Assembly (NCBI RefSeq): GCF_000284455.1
Contig: NC_017039.1
Span: forward strand, 120,001-152,000
DNA from: Synechocystis sp. PCC 6803 substr. PCC-P
GTDB taxonomy: Bacteria > Cyanobacteriota > Cyanobacteriia > Cyanobacteriales > Microcystaceae
Reading direction: 5' to 3'
DNA length: 32,000 nt
Shown: piece by piece, positions 8,802 to 18,282 of the stretch
Layout of the letters: every line of letters starts with the position of its first letter
Numbering within the stretch: position 1 is the stretch's first letter
Notes under the pieces: generated by a model
What the model saw: only the letters and a program-made list of their open reading frames with translations
What the model was told of the DNA's origin: nothing
Databases searched by the model: none
Made by a program: the position numbers and the translations under genes

Positions 8802-9710
8802 ATGGTTGCCCAACAAACACGAACCGACTTTGATTTAGCCCAATACTTACAAGTTAAAAAAGGTGTGGTCGAGGCAGCCCTGGATAGTTCCCTGGCGATC
8901 GCCCGGCCGGAAAAGATTTACGAAGCCATGCGTTATTCTCTGTTGGCGGGGGGCAAACGATTGCGACCGATTTTATGCATTACGGCCTGCGAACTGTGTG
9001 GCGGTGATGAAGCCCTGGCCTTGCCCACGGCCTGTGCCCTGGAAATGATCCACACCATGTCCCTCATCCATGATGATTTGCCCTCCATGGATAATGACGA
9101 TTTCCGCCGGGGTAAACCCACTAACCACAAAGTGTACGGGGAAGACATTGCCATTTTGGCCGGGGATGGACTGCTAGCCTATGCGTTTGAGTATGTAGTT
9201 ACCCACACCCCCCAGGCTGATCCCCAAGCTTTACTCCAAGTTATTGCCCGTTTGGGTCGCACGGTGGGGGCCGCCGGTTTAGTGGGGGGACAAGTTCTAG
9301 ACCTGGAATCGGAGGGGCGCACTGACATCACCCCGGAAACCCTAACTTTTATCCATACCCATAAAACCGGGGCATTGCTGGAAGCTTCCGTGCTCACAGG
9401 CGCAATTTTGGCCGGGGCCACTGGGGAACAACAACAGAGACTGGCCCGCTATGCCCAGAATATTGGCTTAGCTTTTCAAGTGGTGGATGACATCCTCGAC
9501 ATCACCGCCACCCAGGAAGAGTTGGGTAAAACCGCTGGTAAAGATGTCAAAGCCCAAAAAGCCACCTATCCCAGTCTCCTCGGTTTGGAAGCTTCCCGGG
9601 CCCAGGCCCAAAGTTTGATTGACCAGGCCATTGTCGCCCTGGAACCCTTTGGCCCCTCCGCCGAGCCCCTCCAGGCGATCGCCGAATATATTGTTGCCAG
9701 AAAATATTGA
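8802..9710 (+). CDS. crtE: geranylgeranyl diphosphate synthase (short-chain trans-prenyl diphosphate synthase), 302 aa from ATG 8802
   Basis: The first Asp-rich motif is [17 protein letters not shown] and the second is [15 protein letters not shown] and KTAGKD are also present. The ORF-track TTG start at 8751 adds 17 aa and is probably not used. Confidence 0.9.
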   Translation: MVAQQTRTDFDLAQYLQVKKGVVEAALDSSLAIARPEKIYEAMRYSLLAGGKRLRPILCITACELCGGDEALALPTACALEMIHTMSLIHDDLPSMDNDDFRRGKPTNHKVYGEDIAILAGDGLLAYAFEYVVTHTPQADPQALLQVIARLGRTVGAAGLVGGQVLDLESEGRTDITPETLTFIHTHKTGALLEASVLTGAILAGATGEQQQRLARYAQNIGLAFQVVDDILDITATQEELGKTAGKDVKAQKATYPSLLGLEASRAQAQSLIDQAIVALEPFGPSAEPLQAIAEYIVARKY

Positions 9711-9790
9711 TCCCTTGCCTCAAACTAATTTCCCGTTAAGCTAGGGACAGTTTTATCTGTTCATTGCATTAATTGAACTCACTACTCACC

Positions 9791-10186
9791 ATGCTGGGAA
9801 ATTTTCAACATAGCCAACTCCGCATTGAAGTGGAAGCAACGGCACCGGTAATTCGGGACAGCTTAACCAAAATTCCCCAACTGCGGCAATGGTTAGCCCC
9901 CCTCCCCCTGGGAGAAGGTTTGCCGGAGCGATTGATCCCCGGTGTTACGCTCCACACTGGTGTGGGTTTAGCCACATTAACCCAAACGGTGGACCGGGTA
10001 GGGGATGACCATTTGCGTCTCATACTCAGTGGGACCATTGACGGTTTCCATGAATGGTACTGGGGCGATGGTTGGGTCCAATCCCGTTTGGAAGGTATTT
10101 CCCTGTTGCCCCTAAATTTAGGCCAGACCCTTAGTTTACTCAAGCTAAAGCAATTTGTTACCACCGTTAAAAGCCCAGTCGTTTAA
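9791..10186 (+). CDS. hypothetical protein, 131 aa (137 aa if TTG 9773 is used)
   Basis: Supported only by an open frame in an otherwise gene-dense co-directional run. I recognise no motif. Its 3' end overlaps the convergent CPBP gene by 20 nt. Confidence 0.45.
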   Translation: MLGNFQHSQLRIEVEATAPVIRDSLTKIPQLRQWLAPLPLGEGLPERLIPGVTLHTGVGLATLTQTVDRVGDDHLRLILSGTIDGFHEWYWGDGWVQSRLEGISLLPLNLGQTLSLLKLKQFVTTVKSPVV

Positions 10187-11039
10187 GCCAGGGCTTTTCC
10201 CCTTGGTTGACTAGCCAAAGTAAGAGGCATAAACCAGCGATACCCATCACTCCGGAAAGAGGATTGCGGTCAATGCCCGTCACCCAAGCCGGCATTTTTT
10301 CCGTATAGGTCACTAATTGCCCCACATTGACAATGTAATAGGCCCAGACCATGCCCCCGTGGAGACCAATGCTATGGCCCAGGCGATCGCCATGGCGGCG
10401 TTTAGTAATGCCTAAGCTCAAACCCAACAACACCAGAGCGGGAAATTGGGGCAGGGTGCGGATTACTTCTCCTAGGGGCTTCAGGAAATGGAGCACAGCA
10501 AAAATAATGGCGTTACTCGCCAAGGAAGTTTTGTTGCCATAACCCTGTTCCAACTCCTTTAGTAACCAACCCCGAAAAAATAGTTCTTCTGCTAGGGCTA
10601 CTCCCAACCCAGTGAGGCTTCCCTGCATAATAATTGTCCAGAGGCGATCGCCAGCGGGTGCCAGCACGGCCCAGCCCAATAAGCCCTGGATGATAAATAG
10701 ACCGAAGGTAAAACTAAAACCAAGCCCCAGCCCTCGCAATAACTCCACTCCCTGGCGACGATTCCAGCCCAGACCGTAGACTCCATAGGCTTTTAAAGAC
10801 AGGGGTGTTTGGTAGCACCAATGACTCCAAAAAATTAGCAGGACCAGGAAAATTAAAAATAAAATCCCCATCACCACAATGGAACGCAAATTGGCATCGG
10901 CGATCGCCAGGGAAAGGGGCACCAAGAAAGGCAACCAAGCAGCGGCCAACATTACAATGAACACACCAATTCTCCATGGAGCGGTCAGTTGAGCAATGGC
11001 CTGCTGATTGAAATTGAAATTAACGGTTGATTTTGGCAT
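10167..11039 (-). CDS. CPBP (CAAX/Abi) family intramembrane glutamic endopeptidase, 290 aa
   Basis: The protein is polytopic. It carries the family motifs EELFFRGWL (EExxxR) and FAVLHF (FxxxH), plus a later HGGMVW histidine motif. Confidence 0.85.
   Translation of the reverse strand: MPKSTVNFNFNQQAIAQLTAPWRIGVFIVMLAAAWLPFLVPLSLAIADANLRSIVVMGILFLIFLVLLIFWSHWCYQTPLSLKAYGVYGLGWNRRQGVELLRGLGLGFSFTFGLFIIQGLLGWAVLAPAGDRLWTIIMQGSLTGLGVALAEELFFRGWLLKELEQGYGNKTSLASNAIIFAVLHFLKPLGEVIRTLPQFPALVLLGLSLGITKRRHGDRLGHSIGLHGGMVWAYYIVNVGQLVTYTEKMPAWVTGIDRNPLSGVMGIAGLCLLLWLVNQGEKPWLKRLGF
10169..10198. terminator. candidate bidirectional intrinsic terminator hairpin
   Basis: aaaagccc (10169-10176) pairs with gggctttt (10191-10198) around a 14-nt loop. 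A-tract and T-tract flanks make it symmetric for both strands. It lies inside or next to the overlapping 3' ends of two convergent genes. Confidence 0.4.
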
Positions 11040-11115
11040 TCCGGTCTTTTCCCATACCCGTAGGTGGTCCTAAATAGTCTGTTCAGTCGATTTCTTTCCC
11101 CATCCCCCTAGTATC

Positions 11116-11790
11116 ATGGCCGCCAGTTTATCCCAACAGATTAACAATCCCGAACGTAGTTACTTTGAGCAAGCTCTCAAACGGGTAGAGCAAGACGTAC
11201 TCCGCATGGGTGCCTTAGTGGAAGAATCCTTCCGCATGAGCCACCAGGCCCTGTTTGAGAATAGGTTAGAAACCCCCCTAAAAATTGCCGAATTGGAAAA
11301 GGAAATTGATCGCCTCTACCGCCATATCGAGCAGGAATGCGCCAGTTTCCTCACCCTGCAAGCCCCCGTAGCCCAAGATCTGCGTCTACTCAGCGCCATT
11401 ATGCAATTAGTGCGGGATTTAGAAAGAATTGGCGACTATGCCCAGGATTTGGGGGAAATTGCCATGAAGTTGACCCGCTATCCCCCACATCCCTGTATGG
11501 ACGAAATTGCCGCCATGGCCTGGCAAGCCCAACATATGTTGGACCAAAGCCTCGTTTGCCTGACCCAACTGGACCCCAACGCCGGGGAAATTGTCAAAAA
11601 AATGGACGACGTGGTGGATGACGCCTACGATCGCCTGTATAAAACCCTCGCCTTCCAACGGGACATTAAGGGCGTAGTGGAACCAATTTTGCTTATGGCC
11701 CTAGTGATTCGCCACCTAGAGAGAATGGCCGACCATGCCACCAATATTGCCCAACGGGTTTCCTATATCGTCACCGGCAAAAGGGAATGA
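11116..11790 (+). CDS. phoU: phosphate transport system regulator PhoU, 224 aa
   Basis: Two PhoU repeats are present, with conserved acidic motifs (EKEIDRLYRHI, VRDLERIGDYA, DDVVDDAYDRLY, IRHLERMADHATNIA). No pst genes lie in the window. Confidence 0.9.
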   Translation: MAASLSQQINNPERSYFEQALKRVEQDVLRMGALVEESFRMSHQALFENRLETPLKIAELEKEIDRLYRHIEQECASFLTLQAPVAQDLRLLSAIMQLVRDLERIGDYAQDLGEIAMKLTRYPPHPCMDEIAAMAWQAQHMLDQSLVCLTQLDPNAGEIVKKMDDVVDDAYDRLYKTLAFQRDIKGVVEPILLMALVIRHLERMADHATNIAQRVSYIVTGKRE

Positions 11791-11951
11791 GATAGGGTGA
11801 TTAATGGGGGAGTGGGGAGATTAGGTCGGATGGCCACGAAGATTTGCTAAACTGGACGCAGAGTAGATACGCAACGGTGCGGTCTGCCCCAATCTTGGAC
11901 TTTTTTCCAGAAGTGGGTGTCCCCCGCTTTTTTTATGCCCAATTGTATTCA

Positions 11952-12407
11952 ATGACCCATCCCGTAATTCCCGACATTCTTGCATTAGCACAGCCCATTG
12001 CCGAGGATTTGGGGCTGGAAGTGACGGATGCGGTATTCCAAACCAATAAACGTCCACCGGTGTTGCGGATTGATATCCGTAATCTCCAGCAGGATACTAG
12101 CCTTAATGACTGTGAAGCCTTTAGTCGGAGCTTTGAAGCCCAATTGGAGGAAAGCAGTTTGATCGCCAGCGCCTACGTGTTGGAAGTTTCTAGCCCAGGC
12201 ATTTCCCCATACCTCGCCACGGAGCGAGATTTTATTGCCTTTAAAGGGTTTGAAGTAGTGGTTACCAGTGACAATCCCCACCAGGGCCAAAGTCAGTGGC
12301 AGGGGAGTTTACAAGGGCGAGATGGAGAGGCAGTTTACTTAAGCATTAGGGGGAGAACCGTGGCTATTCCTTTGACAGTGGGGTTAACAGTGCGGCTACC
12401 CCATTAA
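11952..12407 (+). CDS. rimP: ribosome maturation factor RimP, 151 aa from ATG 11952
   Basis: The sequence ...LGLEV.D......RPPVLRIDI......LNDCEAFSR......YVLEVSSPGI.. is typical of RimP. The gene lies directly upstream of nusA, the conserved position. The ORF-track start at 11844 is probably an upstream extension. Confidence 0.85.
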   Translation: MTHPVIPDILALAQPIAEDLGLEVTDAVFQTNKRPPVLRIDIRNLQQDTSLNDCEAFSRSFEAQLEESSLIASAYVLEVSSPGISPYLATERDFIAFKGFEVVVTSDNPHQGQSQWQGSLQGRDGEAVYLSIRGRTVAIPLTVGLTVRLPH

Positions 12408-12482
12408 TTGACCCTGGAGTCTAGCCAGCCTAGGTCTGGGGAAGGGCTAGAGCTTTATCGCAAATATTTTGGAGGATTTTCC

Positions 12483-13859
12483 ATGTCTCTTGTTAGTTTA
12501 CCGGGGCTCCCGGCAATGATTAGTGAAATTAGTAAGCGCAATAATTTACCCACCACGGCGGTGGAAGAAGCTCTACGGGAAGCTTTATTGAAGGGCTACG
12601 AGCGTTTTCGGCGATCGCAGTTGATGGGACACCAATTCCCCGAAGAATATTTCAACAACTTTGAGGTGGAATTAGACACGGAAGAAGAAGGCTTTCGGGT
12701 ACTTTCCACCAAACGGATTGTGGAGGAAGTGGAAAATTCTGACCAACAAATTTCCCTCAAGGAAGTGCTGGAAGTGGCCGAAGAAGCTCAACTGGGGGAC
12801 GAAGTAGTGCTGGATGTGACCCCAGAACAAAAGGACTTTGGGCGCATGGCCGCCATTCAAACTAAGCAGGTATTACTGCAAAAACTGCGGGATCAACAAC
12901 GAAAAATTATCCAAGAAGAATTCCAAGACCTGGAAGGCACTGTTCTCAATGCCCGGGCCCTGCGCTTTGAAAGGCAGTCCATCATTGTGGCGGTGCAGAG
13001 TAGTTTTGGTCAGCCAGAGGTAGAAGCAGAATTGCCCAAACGGGAACAGTTACCCAACGATAATTACCGGGCTAACTCCACCTTCCGGGTGTATCTCAAA
13101 CGGGTACGGGAAGGCTCCCAAAGAGGTCCCCAATTGGTGGTTTCCCGGGCAGCGGCGGGGTTGGTGGTGGATTTATTTAGTGTGGAAGTGCCGGAAATTG
13201 AAGAAGAGGTGGTGCGCATTGTTGCCGTGGCCAGGGAAGCCAAACCCCCTTCCCCTTCCGTGGGGCCCCGAACAAAAATTGCGGTGGACACTCTAGAGCG
13301 GGATGTGGATCCGGTGGGAGCCTGCATTGGCGCTCGGGGTTCCCGTATCCATGCGGTGGTCAACGAACTCCGGGGGGAAAAAATTGATGTGATCCGTTGG
13401 TCCCCAGACCCGGCCACGTATATTGCCCAGGCCCTCAGTCCAGCCCGGGTGGACCAGGTTTACCTCATCCATGCGGAGGAGCGCCATGCCCTGGTAATTG
13501 TGGCGGAGGATCAACTCAGTTTGGCGATTGGCAAGGAGGGACAAAACGTCCGGTTGGCGGCCCGCCTAACCGGTTGGAAAATTGACATCAAAGATCCCGA
13601 AACCTATGCCCGGGATAAGGAAGCCATTGAACAATCTATTTTGGAGCGGGCGGCGGCTTCAGCCCAGGCCAGGGCAGAACGGGAAGCAGCAGAACAGGAG
13701 GCCCAAGCTAAATTAGAAGCGGAAATGGCTGCTTTGGAAGCCGAGGAAGCTGAAGAGTTAGAGGAAACCCCAGAGGCGATCGCCGAGGTGGAAGAAGAAG
13801 TAGAGGAATGGGACCAAGACCAAGGGCCGGAGTTAGGGGAGGAAGAAGAGTTAAGCTAG
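12483..13859 (+). CDS. nusA: transcription termination/antitermination factor NusA, 458 aa from ATG 12483
   Basis: A GGAGGA Shine-Dalgarno-like sequence at 12471-12476 precedes ATG 12483. An N-terminal NusA domain, an S1-like region and two KH domains (VGACIGARGSRI, LAIGKEGQNVRLA) are recognisable. The C-terminus is an Ala/Glu-rich acidic tail. Confidence 0.93.
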   Translation: MSLVSLPGLPAMISEISKRNNLPTTAVEEALREALLKGYERFRRSQLMGHQFPEEYFNNFEVELDTEEEGFRVLSTKRIVEEVENSDQQISLKEVLEVAEEAQLGDEVVLDVTPEQKDFGRMAAIQTKQVLLQKLRDQQRKIIQEEFQDLEGTVLNARALRFERQSIIVAVQSSFGQPEVEAELPKREQLPNDNYRANSTFRVYLKRVREGSQRGPQLVVSRAAAGLVVDLFSVEVPEIEEEVVRIVAVAREAKPPSPSVGPRTKIAVDTLERDVDPVGACIGARGSRIHAVVNELRGEKIDVIRWSPDPATYIAQALSPARVDQVYLIHAEERHALVIVAEDQLSLAIGKEGQNVRLAARLTGWKIDIKDPETYARDKEAIEQSILERAAASAQARAEREAAEQEAQAKLEAEMAALEAEEAEELEETPEAIAEVEEEVEEWDQDQGPELGEEEELS

Positions 13860-13922
13860 GAAAGGTTGATAATGCCAGCTTTGTGCTAATTTGTCCTGAC
13901 CACTCCTTGCCCACCGTTGACC

Positions 13923-14177
13923 ATGGCCCCTGGATACCGTCGTTGCCTCAGCTGTCGCAAAGTAGGCGATCGCCGACAATTTTGGCGAATTGTCCGAGTC
14001 TATCCATCTCGAACTGTACAATTAGATCACGGTGCGGGGCGATCGGCTTATTTATGTCCGACCCATGACTGTCTGCGTAAAGCTCGCCACAAAAATCTGT
14101 TGGGGCGGGCCCTCCGAGCCCCAGTTCCCAGCCATCTCTTTGAGCAACTAGAAGCCCGTCTTCTCACCACTCCCTGA
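13923..14177 (+). CDS. ylxR: YlxR/DUF448 family RNA-binding protein, 84 aa
   Basis: RRCLSCRKV....FWRIV and GRSAYLCP are the DUF448 signatures. The gene occupies the conserved position between nusA and infB. Confidence 0.8.
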   Translation: MAPGYRRCLSCRKVGDRRQFWRIVRVYPSRTVQLDHGAGRSAYLCPTHDCLRKARHKNLLGRALRAPVPSHLFEQLEARLLTTP

Positions 14178-14436
14178 GGCGCTGCCATAAACCCTTTCCC
14201 TATCCATCACCATGGATGCCCTCTGCCGAAACTTACCCAGCGGCAGTTATCGTTAGTTAGCATTAGGAGTAAAACCATTTACTATTTCGGCTTCACCTTA
14301 TCGACTCCGCAAAGCTTTCTTGGGGACAATGCCCCTGGAAAAAGCTAGTGCTCTGTCTGTGCACCTAGTCTTTGCACTCACATAAACCAATTTGTCACTT
14401 ATTAAATTTATGGATCATTAGTCAGGGGGACAGTGG

Positions 14437-17400
14437 ATGAACAACGCCAAAGTCAGAATTTATGACCTATCAAAAGAATTAAATCTGGAGAATCGAGATA
14501 TTTTAGACATCTGCGAACGGCTCAACGTGGCTGCTAAAAGTCATAGCAGTACCATCAGTGAATCCGATGCGGAGCGCATCAAAGCGGCAGCTGAAAAATT
14601 CACCCCCCAACAACCGAAAAAGCCTAGAGTGGCATCCCGTCCGGAGTCGAAAGAGGATAAGTCAGATCCCAAGCAGCAAAAGATTCTAGCAATTCACCAC
14701 AAACAGGAAAAATCTGGCGGTCCATCTCCGGCCCGGCCCACCCCCCCTCCCCGGCCAAAACTACAAGCGCCGAAGGCCCCCACGCCCCCCCAACCCCCCG
14801 TGGCCAAAGCTTCAGCTCCAAAGATTCAGAAACAGGAAGAGCCTGCCCAGGAAGCGCCCAAAAGTGTTGCTCCCCCCACCCAGCCTTTGGCACCGCCCCC
14901 AGTGCCCAGTTTGCAATCTCCCCCCAGTAAGCCAGCTCCCCCTACTCCTCCTGCAAAGAAAGCGGCTCCAGCCCCCCGTTTGGCAGGGCCTCCTGGTCGA
15001 ACAGCCAGTCCCAACAAAACCGCTGTCCCTGCCCCCGCTAAACCCAAGGTTAACCGTCCGGAAATTGTTAGTTTGAAGGATAATCGGGGTCAAGCCCGCT
15101 CCCCCGGTGACAGGGAAGAGAAGGTGGCGATCGCCGCTCCGGAACCACCTAAGCCCAAGGTAGAATTGCGCCGGCCCAAGCCCCCCCGGCCTGAAGAGGA
15201 CGAAAACTTACCAGAATTGCTGGAATTTCCGCCCCTTAGTCGGGGCAAGGGGGTCGATGGGGACAACGATGCCGATGACGGTGATCTGCTCTCCACCGAG
15301 AAACCCAAGCCCAAGCTGAAGCGCCCTACTCCTCCGCGTTTGGGTAAGCCAGATCAGTGGGAAGATGACGAAGACGAAAAAGCCAATAAGGCCAAAGCGG
15401 CCAACAAGGGCAAACGCCGGCCCAAAATGGACGACGATGACGATGACCTGGATATAGATGGGGATAATGGACCCAAGCCTACCCTGGTTAGTCTTTCCAT
15501 TGCCCGTCCACCTAAACCAAAATCCTTGGCGGCGAAACCCAGCACCCCCACTGTGGCCAAGGTTAAAAAGCCCACTCTCAAATCCGAAGCGGGTAGTAGC
15601 GCTGGTGGTAGTTCCCGCAGTCGTGGCGATCGCCGGGATCGGAAGGAAGTGGTGCAAAAACCCGAAGTGATCATGTTGGACCGGAGCTTGACTGTCCGGG
15701 ATCTGGCGGATCTATTAAAAATTTCCGAAACAGACATCATCAAACGGCTCTTCCTCAAAGGGGTAGCGGTGCAAATTACCCAAACCTTGGACGAAGAAAC
15801 CGCCCGTATGGTGGCCGAATCCTTTGAAGTGGCCGTGGAAACCCCTGAAAGGGTCGCCGCCGCCGCTAAAACCACAGAAATGCTCGACGAAGCGGATCTG
15901 GACAACCTCGTACGTCGTCCCCCTGTGGTTACCATCATGGGTCACGTGGACCACGGTAAAACCACGTTGCTGGACTCCATACGCAAAACCAAGGTGGCCC
16001 AAGGGGAAGCGGGGGGTATTACCCAGCACATTGGTGCCTACCACGTGGAAGTGGAGCACAACGACAAAACCGAACAGATTGTCTTCCTTGATACTCCTGG
16101 CCATGAAGCCTTTACCGCCATGCGGGCCCGGGGAGCCAAGGTTACGGACATTGCCATTCTGGTGGTAGCCGCCGATGATGGCGTCCAGCCCCAAACCAAA
16201 GAGGCCATTAGCCATGCCAAGGCCGCCGGGGTTCCCCTCATTGTGGCCATCAACAAAGTCGATAAACCTGAAGCCAATCCCGACCGCATTAAGCAGGAAT
16301 TGTCCGAACTTGGCCTTCTGGCTGAAGAATGGGGGGGAGACACCATCATGGTGCCCGTCAGTGCCCTCAACGGAGATAACCTGGATGGCTTGCTCGAAAT
16401 GATTCTGCTCGTATCGGAAGTGGAAGAACTAGTTGCTAATCCCAACCGTCAGGCTAAAGGCACCGTGATTGAGGCTAACCTAGACCGCACCAGGGGTCCT
16501 GTGGCTACCCTCTTGATCCAAAACGGTACTCTCCGAGTTGGGGATGCTATTGTGGTGGGGGCTGTGTACGGCAAAATCCGAGCCATGATCGACGACCGGG
16601 GCGACAAAGTCGAGGAAGCCAGTCCTTCCTTTGCAGTGGAGATCCTTGGTCTAGGGGATGTGCCCGCCGCTGGGGATGAATTTGAAGTCTTTACCAACGA
16701 AAAAGATGCCCGTCTGCAAGCGGAAGCCCGGGCCATGGAAGACCGTCAAACCCGTCTGCAACAGGCCATGTCTTCCCGCAAGGTTACCCTCAGCAGTATT
16801 TCGGCCCAGGCCCAGGAAGGGGAACTCAAGGAACTCAACATCATCCTCAAGGCAGACGTACAGGGTTCCTTGGGGGCTATTTTAGGCTCCTTGGAACAAT
16901 TACCCCAAGGGGAAGTACAGATCCGAGTCCTGTTGGCGTCCCCAGGGGAAGTCACGGAAACCGATGTGGATTTGGCCGCCGCCAGTGGAGCAATCATCAT
17001 TGGCTTCAACACCACCTTGGCCAGTGGAGCCCGTCAAGCCGCGGACCAAGAAGGGGTGGACATTCGGGAATACGACATCATCTATAAGCTTTTGGATGAC
17101 ATCCAAGGAGCCATGGAAGGTCTCTTGGATCCCGAAGAAATTGAGTCTTCCCTGGGAACAGCGGAAGTGCGGGCTGTCTTCCCCGTGGGTCGGGGTAATA
17201 TTGCCGGTTGTTACGTGCAGTCAGGCAAAATTATCCGGAATCGTAACCTGCGGGTGCGCCGGGGTGACCAAGTGCTCTTTGAAGGCAACATCGATTCCCT
17301 CAAACGGATTAAGGAGGACGTGCGGGAAGTTAATGCTGGCTATGAGTGCGGCATTGGCTGTAGCAAGTTCAACGACTGGAAGGAAGGAGACATCATCGAA

Positions 17401-17442
17401 GCCTATGAAATGACCATGAAGCGTCGGACATTGGCTACCTAG
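14437..17442 (+). CDS. infB: translation initiation factor IF-2, 1001 aa
   Basis: An IF2 N-terminal domain is present ([25 protein letters not shown]). A long Pro/Ala/Lys-rich and Asp-rich linker follows. The GTPase motifs are [17 protein letters not shown] and NKVD. The C-terminal domains include [11 protein letters not shown] and ECGI. Confidence 0.97.
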   Translation: MNNAKVRIYDLSKELNLENRDILDICERLNVAAKSHSSTISESDAERIKAAAEKFTPQQPKKPRVASRPESKEDKSDPKQQKILAIHHKQEKSGGPSPARPTPPPRPKLQAPKAPTPPQPPVAKASAPKIQKQEEPAQEAPKSVAPPTQPLAPPPVPSLQSPPSKPAPPTPPAKKAAPAPRLAGPPGRTASPNKTAVPAPAKPKVNRPEIVSLKDNRGQARSPGDREEKVAIAAPEPPKPKVELRRPKPPRPEEDENLPELLEFPPLSRGKGVDGDNDADDGDLLSTEKPKPKLKRPTPPRLGKPDQWEDDEDEKANKAKAANKGKRRPKMDDDDDDLDIDGDNGPKPTLVSLSIARPPKPKSLAAKPSTPTVAKVKKPTLKSEAGSSAGGSSRSRGDRRDRKEVVQKPEVIMLDRSLTVRDLADLLKISETDIIKRLFLKGVAVQITQTLDEETARMVAESFEVAVETPERVAAAAKTTEMLDEADLDNLVRRPPVVTIMGHVDHGKTTLLDSIRKTKVAQGEAGGITQHIGAYHVEVEHNDKTEQIVFLDTPGHEAFTAMRARGAKVTDIAILVVAADDGVQPQTKEAISHAKAAGVPLIVAINKVDKPEANPDRIKQELSELGLLAEEWGGDTIMVPVSALNGDNLDGLLEMILLVSEVEELVANPNRQAKGTVIEANLDRTRGPVATLLIQNGTLRVGDAIVVGAVYGKIRAMIDDRGDKVEEASPSFAVEILGLGDVPAAGDEFEVFTNEKDARLQAEARAMEDRQTRLQQAMSSRKVTLSSISAQAQEGELKELNIILKADVQGSLGAILGSLEQLPQGEVQIRVLLASPGEVTETDVDLAAASGAIIIGFNTTLASGARQAADQEGVDIREYDIIYKLLDDIQGAMEGLLDPEEIESSLGTAEVRAVFPVGRGNIAGCYVQSGKIIRNRNLRVRRGDQVLFEGNIDSLKRIKEDVREVNAGYECGIGCSKFNDWKEGDIIEAYEMTMKRRTLAT

Positions 17443-17443
17443 G

Positions 17444-18112
17444 ATGTTGTTGCTCCAATTCAGCACTTCCCACTATTGCCGCAAAGCTAGGCTGGCCTTG
17501 GGTTATAAGGGCATTATTTACCGAGTTAAAAATTTAACTCCCGGTGTCCATGCCCTGCAACTTAAACCCAAGACCGGTGCCACTACTGTGCCAGTACTTT
17601 GTCCAGAACTCCCAGGACAACCGGAATGTATCAGTGATTCCAGCGAGATTTTCCGCTTTTTAGAGGAATTTTCCCCCGATCGCCGTTTATTTCCCCTGGA
17701 AGCGGAACAGAGATTGAGGGCGGAGTGGCTGGAGGATTGGTTGGATGAAAGTATTGGTACGGCAACCCGGTTTGTTTATTACGACTACCGAGCTGGGGCA
17801 GGCAAGGCCATTGACCCATCCCTTGCCAGTCAGATGGTCATTCAAATTGTCCGCCGTCAGTACAACATCAATGGCACCACCGTTGCCCTAGCGAAAAAAC
17901 GATTGGCCCTGGCTTTCCGGGTTCTATCTGTTTGGCAAGATCAGTCCTATCTTTGTGGTGACCAGTTGACCATAGCAGACCTAACGGCCGCCGCTTTGCT
18001 TAGTCCCTTGGCATTGTTACCGGAATATCGAGAGTCCGTACCTTGGTTGTTTGAGCGCATCAAGGAAATCCATTTAATTTGTGGGGAACCGTTGCCGCCG
18101 GGTCTAGGTTAG
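17444..18112 (+). CDS. glutathione S-transferase-like protein (thioredoxin-fold N domain plus helical C domain), 222 aa
   Basis: The N-terminal fold carries S..YC, the cis-Pro motif TTVPVL and ISDSSEIFRFLE (GST E/D-S-x-x-I site). The C-terminal region is helical and includes LCGDQLTIADL. The ATG lies 1 nt after the infB TAG. Confidence 0.7.
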   Translation: MLLLQFSTSHYCRKARLALGYKGIIYRVKNLTPGVHALQLKPKTGATTVPVLCPELPGQPECISDSSEIFRFLEEFSPDRRLFPLEAEQRLRAEWLEDWLDESIGTATRFVYYDYRAGAGKAIDPSLASQMVIQIVRRQYNINGTTVALAKKRLALAFRVLSVWQDQSYLCGDQLTIADLTAAALLSPLALLPEYRESVPWLFERIKEIHLICGEPLPPGLG

Positions 18113-18211
18113 GGATCGTTAAAAACCGGGTGCGCCAGAAAGTTTTAGTCACTCCTTTTACTTGCCAGGGCTAAACTAACTTTCCACCACGGGAAAAAAC
18201 ATCCGGCGATG

Positions 18212-18231
18212 ACAAGGGCGATCGCCCTTGT
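18212..18231. repeat. 20-nt perfect palindrome built around a HIP1 core; possible terminator hairpin
   Basis: acaagggcgatcgcccttgt is its own reverse complement. It is followed by the T-rich ttcccttttcc and preceded by gggaaaaaac. It lies between the GST-like gene and glgX. Confidence 0.4.
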
Positions 18232-18282
18232 TTCCCTTTTCCAAAGGTTTGCTAGTTTTAAGGGAAAGAATCTGAACAATTT

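Noticed and set aside
14624-17466. More than fifteen ORFs of 60-194 aa on both strands overlapping infB (for example 15354-15938 minus, 15208-15657 minus, 16964-17413 plus)
   Set aside because: All lie inside a gene with unmistakable IF-2 motifs. The Pro/Ala/Lys/Asp-rich, GC-biased linker and the high coding GC suppress stop codons in other frames. The translations are low-complexity (Gly/Arg/Ser/Pro-rich) with no motifs.
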